A stretch of DNA of 49,017 nucleotides, taken from the NCBI GenBank assembly GCA_945949385.1, contig CAMFEL010000002.1:1-49017 (forward strand), in the 5' to 3' direction. This DNA is from an uncultured Clostridia bacterium. GTDB lineage: Bacteria; Bacillota; Clostridia; Oscillospirales; CAG-272. The translations under genes and the position numbers were made by a program. This document shows, in pieces, positions 42,622 to 49,017 of this stretch; within the stretch, counting starts at the first letter, position 1; every line of letters begins with the position of its first letter. Under the pieces are notes generated by a model. That model saw only the letters and a program-made list of their open reading frames with translations, did not search any database and had not been told where the DNA came from.

Positions 42622-42665
42622 CCGGAAAATATTTAATTTTGCGGTTTTTTCGGTTTTTCATTACA

Positions 42666-42725
42666 AAAGACAAGCGGTATCCATAGCTTTCGGAACGGAA
42701 GCTTTCAATACGGATACCGCTTGTC
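42666..42725 (-). terminator. Long hairpin terminator after the 73-aa ORF
   Basis: Minus strand GACAAGCGGTATCC...GGATACCGCTTGTC followed by TTTTGTAAT. Confidence 0.55.
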
Positions 42726-42727
42726 TG

Positions 42728-42949
42728 TCAGTTTTTTCTGTCCCTGCGGGAGGGATTATTAAAGCTTTTGTTTTCGGCGGGGTAGGTGGAAAACTCTCCG
42801 CCTGCAAGGCTTTCGGGATTGCACCGAGGGCGTATGCCCTCGTCCGTTTCGCCGTCGGGGTAGAGATTTATCGCCTCGTTTTTCACCGTGTCCTCAATGG
42901 GACTGCGGGTGCCGTTTGTCTTTTTACGGTTTTCGCCTTTTCTTTCCAT
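42728..42949 (-). CDS. Hypothetical small hydrophilic protein (73 aa)
   Basis: ATG-initiated ORF with its own downstream terminator. The RBS is weak and I recognise no domain. Confidence 0.35.
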   Translation of the reverse strand: MERKGENRKKTNGTRSPIEDTVKNEAINLYPDGETDEGIRPRCNPESLAGGEFSTYPAENKSFNNPSRRDRKN

Positions 42950-43039
42950 TTGGGCTTTTGTCCTTTCACTTTTGTCCGCCTATATTATGCCCGTTTTTCG
43001 GCAGACTATGAGCAGATTATGAAAAGGACAAAGCGAGAC

Positions 43040-43690
43040 TTACTCTGTCAGCATACGGAGAAGTTCCTCTACGCTTTCGGCAATTCTGTCGGCGCCGCTT
43101 TGGCACAGCTCATCTTTTGTACCGTAGCCGTACAGCACGCCGATGCTTGCAAGTCCCGTCTTCTTCGCACCGATAATATCGTGCATTCTGTCGCCTATCA
43201 TAACGCAGCGGCTTCTGTCGGGGCGGTTGATTCTTTCAAGGGCATATGCAATAACCTCCGCCTTGTCTACCCGTCGCCCGTCAAGCTCGCTGCCCGTAAT
43301 GCAATCAAAGTATTTATCGATATTAAAATGCTCCGCTATCTGCTTTGCAAAGCATTCGGGCTTTGAGGTGGCCATAACCACGGTCATCCCACGGCGTTTC
43401 AGCCCTTCAAGCATTTCGGGAACGCCGCCGTACAGCACATTTTCGAATATTCCTCTGTCGCGGTAGTACTCTCTGTATTTTTCCACGGCGCAAAGGGCGT
43501 CGCTGTCGGAAAAGCCGAAATATTTTGTAAAGGACTCCGCAAGAGGCGGGCCGATAAAGCAGTTCAGTGTTGTGCGGTCCTCGATCTCAATGCCGTAAGC
43601 TTTGAGGGCATACTGCACCGAGGAAGTTATGCCCACGCCGGGGTCCGTAAGAGTACCGTCAAGGTCAAAAAGTACAATATCCTGTGCCAT
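43040..43690 (-). CDS. HAD-superfamily hydrolase (phosphoglycolate phosphatase/PGP-like)
   Basis: Motif I FDLDGTLTD, motif II TSK, and motif III/IV IGDRMHDIIGA. Confidence 0.85.
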   Translation of the reverse strand: MAQDIVLFDLDGTLTDPGVGITSSVQYALKAYGIEIEDRTTLNCFIGPPLAESFTKYFGFSDSDALCAVEKYREYYRDRGIFENVLYGGVPEMLEGLKRRGMTVVMATSKPECFAKQIAEHFNIDKYFDCITGSELDGRRVDKAEVIAYALERINRPDRSRCVMIGDRMHDIIGAKKTGLASIGVLYGYGTKDELCQSGADRIAESVEELLRMLTE

Positions 43691-43734
43691 AAAAGATCCT
43701 TTCTGTTTTTGCTGTTCCGCCGCGAAAACGCAGA

Positions 43735-44658
43735 TTATTCGGCGAGTCCGTCAATATAGCGGCACGCGGCAAGAGCTGCCACGGAGCCGTCCGCGGCGGC
43801 GGTTGTAAGCTGACGGATAGCCTTTGAACGGCAGTCTCCTGCGGCAAATAAGCCGTTTTCGGGCAAAACACAGCTTTCGTCTGTGCTGATGTATCCCCAT
43901 TTGTCAAGTGGTGCCACATTCTCAAAGGCTTTGTTGTCGGGGACAAGTCCTATTGCTACAAAGGCTCCCGTAACGGGCAGTATGCTTTCGGATTTATCGG
44001 CTTCTTTTGTGAGGCGAAGAGCGCGAAGCTCACCGCCCTCCGAGATAAATCCTGAGACAACGGTTCCGGTTATAAACTCCACATTGCTTCGTCCTTTTAA
44101 GGCTTCAAGCAGACGCGCTTCTCCGGTGAAATCATCCAGATTCTGCACAAGAGTGACTTTTTTGCAGCCGTCGGAAAGCTGCATAGCCTCCTGCAAAGCC
44201 GAGTTACCTCCGCCGATTACCGCCACTTCCGCACCCTTGTAAAAGGCTCCGTCGCAAACGGCGCAAAAAGAGATTCCGTGGCCTACAAGCTCTGCTTCCC
44301 CCTCAACGCCCAGCATTCTGTGCCGCGCTCCCGTTGCAAGGATAACGGCCTTTGCGCGGTAGCTGTCGCCCGTATCGGTGACTACGGTCTTTGTGCCGTC
44401 GGCTTCAACGGAGATCCCGGCAACGGTGCCCGGCTCTATATCCGCGCCCTGCTCCAGAACCTGATCCACCAGCATATCGGCAAATTCATTGCCGCTCATC
44501 TGCTTTATGCCGGGATAGTTTTCCACCTTAGGCGAAAAGGTGACCTGACCGCCGAAGGTGTCCTTTTCAATTACCAGCACGCTTTTTTCGGCGCGGCGGG
44601 CGTACAGTGCTGCCGTAAGTCCGGCGCAGCCCGCGCCGACTATGATAATATCGTACAT
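43735..44658 (-). CDS. trxB: Thioredoxin-reductase-like flavoprotein lacking the NADPH HRRxxxR motif
   Basis: GAGCAGLTAA FAD motif, redox CAVCDG and GGGNSALQEA are present. QNLDDFTGE occupies the position of E. coli HRRDGFRAE. Confidence 0.85.
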   Translation of the reverse strand: MYDIIIVGAGCAGLTAALYARRAEKSVLVIEKDTFGGQVTFSPKVENYPGIKQMSGNEFADMLVDQVLEQGADIEPGTVAGISVEADGTKTVVTDTGDSYRAKAVILATGARHRMLGVEGEAELVGHGISFCAVCDGAFYKGAEVAVIGGGNSALQEAMQLSDGCKKVTLVQNLDDFTGEARLLEALKGRSNVEFITGTVVSGFISEGGELRALRLTKEADKSESILPVTGAFVAIGLVPDNKAFENVAPLDKWGYISTDESCVLPENGLFAAGDCRSKAIRQLTTAAADGSVAALAACRYIDGLAE

Positions 44659-44679
44659 ATTGTTTCTCTCTTTTTCAAA

Positions 44680-44717
44680 ATCTTAAAGAAGGAGCTGTCC
44701 TTTCGACAGCCCCTTCT
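44680..44717 (-). terminator. Probable terminator after nrdD
   Basis: Minus strand AGAAGGGGCTGTCgaaagGACAGCTCCTTCT followed by TTAAGATTTT. Confidence 0.5.
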
Positions 44718-44767
44718 TATGTGCAGGGGGGAGCTTTCTGATACCGATCATACGACCCGCGCCGCGA

Positions 44768-47143
44768 TTACTTTGTAACGCGCTTTGCCGCGCTGTCTAT
44801 AAACTGACGCACTCCTGCGATCTCAACGAATTTTTTGTCTCCTGCAACCAAAGTGGGTGCCTGACGGAGTTCCAGTGAGCGTGCCAGCTCCTCGTTGTCT
44901 TCAACATAAACTTTAGTGTATTCGATTCCCGCCTTATCAAGCATGGAAGCCGCCACTTTGCATTTGGGGCAGGTCTTGGTGGCAAACAGCATTACTGACT
45001 CGGAGCTGCTATCGGCATTGCCGCAGTTCTCGGTACTGTCAGTATCGCAGGGGCATCCGCTGCGGCGCAGAACGCTTGTGTCAATATTATAGGTCACGCG
45101 GTCCTTGTATTCCTGAGTCTTACCGTCGTTCCAGTTCTGAACGGGACGGTAGTAGCCTGTAATACGGGAATAGACCTCTGTCTTGCCGCCGCACACGGGG
45201 CACTCATTCTTTTCGCCTGCGATGTAGCCGTGATCCTTGCATACGGAGTAGGTGGGTGACAGAGTATAGTAGGGAAGCTTATAGTTTTCCGCTATTTTGC
45301 GCACCAGGTTTGCGGCGCTCTCCCAGCTTGGCAGCTTTTCGCCAAGGAAAGCGTGGAACACTGTTCCGGAGGTGTATCTTGTCTGAAGGTCGTCCTGAAT
45401 GTCAAGAGCCGAGAAAATATCGTCGGTAAAGCCAACGGGCAGGTGAGAGGAGTTGGTATAGTAGGGGGTTCCGCCCTCGTGAGCCGTGACAATGTCGGGG
45501 AAGCGCTTTTTGTCGTGCTTTGCAAGGCGGTAGCTTGTGGACTCCGCGGGAGTAGCCTCAAGGTTGTAAAGATCGCCGTACTGCTCCTGATAGTCGGAGA
45601 GGCGTTCTCTCATATGGTCAAGCACTTCCTTGGAGAACTTTTGAGTCTCACGGCTTGTCATATCCTTGCCTATCCATTTGGCGTTGAGACCCGCTTCGTT
45701 CATACCTACGAGACCGATGGTGGAGAAATGATTATTGAAGGTGCCCAGGTAACGTTTGGTGTATGGGTACAGACCCGCGTCCATAAGCTTTGTGATGACC
45801 TCACGCTTGATTTTAAGGCTGCGTGCGGCAATGTCCATAATATGGTCAAGGCGTCTGTAAAAATCAGCCTCATCCGATGCAAGATAAGCGATCCTGGGAA
45901 TATTTACGGTTACAACGCCCACAGAGCCCGTGGACTCGCCGCTTCCGAAGAAACCGCCGGATTTCTTACGAAGCTCACGCAGGTCAAGACGGAGGCGGCA
46001 GCACATGGATCTGACATCGCTGGGCTCCATATCGGAGTTGATATAGTTTGAAAAATAAGGTGTTCCGTACTTTGAGGTCATTTCAAAGAGCAGTTTATTG
46101 TTTTCCGTGGCGGACCAGTCAAAGTCTTTGGTAATGGAGTAGGTGGGAATAGGATACTGGAAGCCTCTGCCGTTGGCGTCGCCCTCAATCATTATCTCGA
46201 TAAAGGCGCGGTTTACCATATCCATTTCCGCTTTGCAGTCCTTGTATTTGAAATCCACTTCCTTGCCGCCTATGATGCAGTTCTGTTCGGCAAGGTCGGC
46301 GGGCACGGTCCAGTCAAGAGTGATATTGGAAAAGGGTGCCTGAGTGCCCCAGCGGGAGGGAGTATTTACGCCGTAAATAAAGCTTTCAATGCACTTTTTG
46401 ACCTGCTCGTAGGTCAGATTATCCACCTTTACAAAGGGGGCAAGGTAGGTGTCAAAGGATGAGAACGCCTGGGCGCCTGCCCATTCGTTCTGCATAATGC
46501 CGAGAAAGTTTACCATCTGGTTGCAAAGGGTGGAAAGATGGCTTGCGGGGGCGCTTGTGATTTTTCCGGGCACGCCTCCCAGACCTTCTTTTATAAGCTG
46601 CTTAAGGGACCAGCCTGCACAGTAGCCCGTAAGCATGGAAAGGTCGTGAATGTGAATATCGGCATTTCTGTGGGCGTTTGCGATCTCATCGTCGTATATT
46701 TCCGACAGCCAGTAGTTGGCGGTAATGGCGCCGGAGTTTGAAAGGATAAGTCCGCCTACGGAGTAGGTTACGGTGGAGTTTTCTTTTACTCTCCAGTCGT
46801 TTATTTTCACATAGTTGTCCACTATCTGCTTGTAGTCAAGCACCGTTGTTTTTATGTTGCGCACCTTTTCTCTCTGGCGGCGGTATATGATGTAGGCTTT
46901 TGCCACATCGTCGTATCCTGCCTGAACGAGAACGGATTCAACGCTGTCCTGGATATCCTCGACGGCGATTAGTCCGTCTTTGATCTTAGGCTCAAAGTTT
47001 GCAGTAACCTTCAGCGCAAGAAAATCAATAACGGAGGGGACAAAATTCTTCTCCTGTGCTTCAAACGCCATGGTAATGGCCTGGGTGATCTTATCAAGAT
47101 CAAAGTCGGTTATTTTTCCGTCTCTTTTCAGTACCTGATACAT
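44768..47143 (-). CDS. nrdD: Anaerobic ribonucleoside-triphosphate reductase NrdD with a C-terminal glutaredoxin/NrdH-like domain fusion
   Basis: N-terminal ATP-cone (VLKRDGKITDFDLDKI), thiyl loop RSMCCRLRLD, Zn ribbon CPVCGG and glycyl radical motif SRITGYYRPV. An extra ~85 aa follows, with MLFATKTCPKCKVAASMLDKAGIEY...APTLV (a CxxC thioredoxin fold). Confidence 0.9.
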   Translation of the reverse strand: MYQVLKRDGKITDFDLDKITQAITMAFEAQEKNFVPSVIDFLALKVTANFEPKIKDGLIAVEDIQDSVESVLVQAGYDDVAKAYIIYRRQREKVRNIKTTVLDYKQIVDNYVKINDWRVKENSTVTYSVGGLILSNSGAITANYWLSEIYDDEIANAHRNADIHIHDLSMLTGYCAGWSLKQLIKEGLGGVPGKITSAPASHLSTLCNQMVNFLGIMQNEWAGAQAFSSFDTYLAPFVKVDNLTYEQVKKCIESFIYGVNTPSRWGTQAPFSNITLDWTVPADLAEQNCIIGGKEVDFKYKDCKAEMDMVNRAFIEIMIEGDANGRGFQYPIPTYSITKDFDWSATENNKLLFEMTSKYGTPYFSNYINSDMEPSDVRSMCCRLRLDLRELRKKSGGFFGSGESTGSVGVVTVNIPRIAYLASDEADFYRRLDHIMDIAARSLKIKREVITKLMDAGLYPYTKRYLGTFNNHFSTIGLVGMNEAGLNAKWIGKDMTSRETQKFSKEVLDHMRERLSDYQEQYGDLYNLEATPAESTSYRLAKHDKKRFPDIVTAHEGGTPYYTNSSHLPVGFTDDIFSALDIQDDLQTRYTSGTVFHAFLGEKLPSWESAANLVRKIAENYKLPYYTLSPTYSVCKDHGYIAGEKNECPVCGGKTEVYSRITGYYRPVQNWNDGKTQEYKDRVTYNIDTSVLRRSGCPCDTDSTENCGNADSSSESVMLFATKTCPKCKVAASMLDKAGIEYTKVYVEDNEELARSLELRQAPTLVAGDKKFVEIAGVRQFIDSAAKRVTK

Positions 47144-47225
47144 TGTCTTCTCCTTTTTAATCTGTTCTGTAATTTATTCAAATATGACTCGCGTATTTAT
47201 TATGCTGTGTCGGCTCATATAGTAT

Positions 47226-47273
47226 ACCACTATATATTGTGTTTGGTCAAGTAAAAATTAACAATATGTGCTA
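47226..47273 (-). promoter_or_regulatory. Candidate tandem NrdR boxes upstream of nrdD
   Basis: CCACTATATATTGTGT (47227-47242) is close to the NrdR-box palindrome acaCwAtATaTwGtgt. A weaker second box, TTAACAATATGTGCTA (47258-47273), lies about 31 bp centre-to-centre from the first. Confidence 0.5.
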
Positions 47274-47565
47274 AATCGGCACTATCAACAAATTATCCCT
47301 CGCAAATTTGTGACAAAGTCCGGAAGAAGCGGAAAAAGGAGGGGAAAAGGGAAGAAAAACCGTAATGCCGCAGCATGTATCGGCGGAAAAACGCAAGGCT
47401 CTGCCCCACCGAACAAACTCGGGGCTCTGCCCAAAACCCCGCTCAGAACTTTTTTTGAGAAAAAGGTTCTGAGAACTCCGAAAAACTTATAATCGGGGTG
47501 TATCGGATTTTTTCATATCCTGCTTTTTGCAGGTTATTTTTTGTTTAACCCAAATGTTATAGAAC

Positions 47566-47605
47566 CGCAAAAAAGCAAACGGGCTGTCAAAAAAGACAGC
47601 CCGTT
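47566..47605 (-). terminator. Intrinsic terminator after polC
   Basis: Minus strand AACGGGCTGTCttttttGACAGCCCGTT followed by TGCTTTTTTGC. Confidence 0.7.
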
Positions 47606-47661
47606 GATAAACGGTTGCGGATTGTTGGGTGCTCCCGTCGGAAAACTCAAATGGGGGACAC

Positions 47662-49017
47662 TCAGAAAATCGAAAGCTGGTTCGTTTCCGACATACCGTC
47701 AAGCACATGGTTCTGGCTCAGAAGCTCAATGACGGATTTGGAAAGCTTGCCCGCTATCTTCAGATCCTCCACGGAGAAAATATCCTCGGAATCTCTTGCC
47801 GCCATAATATTCTGCGCGGCGCTTTCTCCCAGACCTCCGATAGAGGCAAAGGGAAGCCGTATGCCTCCCTCCTCGGGGAGAAATTTCACCGCGTGGGATT
47901 TGTGAAGATCAACCGGCAGAAACCTTATGCCCCTGGCAACAGCCTCGTTACAAAGCTGAAGCGCGCTGAAGGTTTCCTTGTCCTTTGCCGTGGCGTCCTT
48001 ACCCATGGCGGTTATTTCTTCCATTTTGTACTTGATAGACTGTCTGCCGCCTGCCACCGTTTCCGCTTCAACTCCGCCGGGAGCGGCGGTAAAGTATGCG
48101 GCGTAGAATTCTTTCGGATAGTATATTTTGTACCACCCGAGGCGCAACGCGTCAATTACATAGGCGGCGGCGTGAGCCTTCGGAAACATATATTTTATCT
48201 TTTTACAGGAGTCGATATACCAATCCGGGACTCCCGCGGCGATCATTGCTTCCTCGTATTCAGGCTTAAGCCCCCGTCCCTTTCGCACGTCCTCCATTAT
48301 CTTAAAGGACATCGCCTTATCCATATGGTGATTGTGAATAAGGTACAGCATTATATCGTCGCGGCATCCGATAACGTCGGAAATGGTACATACGCCGCCC
48401 TTGATAAGCTCGTCGGCGTTGCCCAGCCACACTCCCGTGCCGTGGGTAAGTCCCGAAATCTGCAGAAGGTCGGAAAAGGTTTTGGGCTGTGCCTGTATAA
48501 GCACGCCGCGCACGAATTTCGTGTTCATTTCCGGCAGACCCAGCGTGCCCGTATCAACTCCCATAAGATCCTCCTGAGTAACTCCCAGGGGAGCGGGGGA
48601 GGTGAAAAGCTGATATATCTTTCTGTCGCTCAGGTCGCAGTCCAGCACGTTTGTGTTTGTATACTCTTCCATACGCTTGTACTTGGTGGGAATATCGTGT
48701 CCCAGCTCGTCAAGCTTCAGTATGGTGTCGTGGAGATATTTGAACTCGAAGTGGGTGGTGACCGTGTCGGAGTTGGGGTCGTCGGCGGGGTGCTGTACGG
48801 GGCAGAAATCGTAAACCTCGTATTCCCCGGGAACAACGATAATTCCGCCCGGATGCTGTCCCGTGGTGCGCTTTATACCCACGCAGCCGGAAATAAGACG
48901 CTCAACCTCTGCGCGGCACACGGATATTCCCTTGCCCTCCAGATACTTTGCCACATAGCCGAAGGCGGTCTTGTCCGCAAGGGTGCCGATAGTCCCTGCG
49001 CGGAAAGCGTGTCCTTT
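47662..49017 (-). CDS. polC: DNA polymerase III PolC-type alpha subunit, C-terminal part (the gene continues beyond the right edge)
   Basis: GIKRTTGQHPGGIIVVP, VTTHFEFKYLHDTILKLDELGHD, KAHAAAYV and the typical C-terminal ...ETNQLSIF. The frame stays open to position 49017. Confidence 0.9.
   Translation of the reverse strand, partial: KGHAFRAGTIGTLADKTAFGYVAKYLEGKGISVCRAEVERLISGCVGIKRTTGQHPGGIIVVPGEYEVYDFCPVQHPADDPNSDTVTTHFEFKYLHDTILKLDELGHDIPTKYKRMEEYTNTNVLDCDLSDRKIYQLFTSPAPLGVTQEDLMGVDTGTLGLPEMNTKFVRGVLIQAQPKTFSDLLQISGLTHGTGVWLGNADELIKGGVCTISDVIGCRDDIMLYLIHNHHMDKAMSFKIMEDVRKGRGLKPEYEEAMIAAGVPDWYIDSCKKIKYMFPKAHAAAYVIDALRLGWYKIYYPKEFYAAYFTAAPGGVEAETVAGGRQSIKYKMEEITAMGKDATAKDKETFSALQLCNEAVARGIRFLPVDLHKSHAVKFLPEEGGIRLPFASIGGLGESAAQNIMAARDSEDIFSVEDLKIAGKLSKSVIELLSQNHVLDGMSETNQLSIF

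Noticed and set aside
43691-43734. Possible terminator between trxB-like and HAD genes
   Set aside because: I could not find a convincing stem-loop followed by a T-run, so the two genes may be co-transcribed.
47268-47492. 74-aa Lys/Gly/Arg-rich ORF between nrdD and polC
   Set aside because: Its composition derives from purine-rich and repeat DNA. It overlaps the candidate NrdR box and the promoter region and has no RBS.

Overview
About 49 kb of a moderately GC-rich Firmicutes/Clostridia-type chromosome. I infer the taxon from the PolC-type polymerase, the SCIFF locus, a SleL-like LysM-GH18 enzyme, a PadR-DUF1700-DUF4097 operon and many lipobox genes. The left edge carries the start of a type I-C-like cas operon (cas3, then the first codons of cas5), with no CRISPR array inside the window. 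Next come a GH20-like hydrolase, a PPP phosphatase, the SCIFF precursor with its radical-SAM maturase, and a PLP decarboxylase. These are followed by an overlapping PNK-like kinase / Thg1-like pair and a divergent glycyl-radical enzyme with its activase. An accessory stretch at 13.7-22 kb holds an XRE-type membrane regulator, a split small membrane gene and five lipoprotein genes, two of which share a near-identical signal peptide. It also holds a degenerate ABC-ATPase-like protein and an AT-rich islet with a TmrB-like gene. The middle of the window holds an MFS/TetR pair with a perfect palindromic operator. It also holds an operon of a 1278-aa membrane-anchored collagen-like/LRR protein with a UDG-fold-like protein, next to a divergent XRE regulator. 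A PadR-DUF1700-DUF4097 operon, the LysM-GH18 gene, an ABC exporter and an MtlD-like dehydrogenase complete this part. At 36-38.4 kb there is an apparently 5'-truncated orphan polyvalent-protein fragment (metallopeptidase + ART-like + PBECR-like modules) wedged between housekeeping genes. The right part is housekeeping: pyrR-pyrP with promoter and attenuator, a tautomerase, a flavin reductase, MarR with twin palindromes, a HAD hydrolase, and the 3' end of polC. It also contains a TrxR-like flavoprotein lacking the NADPH HRR motif, next to an NrdD carrying a C-terminal glutaredoxin-like fusion. No rRNA, tRNA, transposase or integrase was recognised. All calls come from reading the sequence and motif memory; no searches were run.
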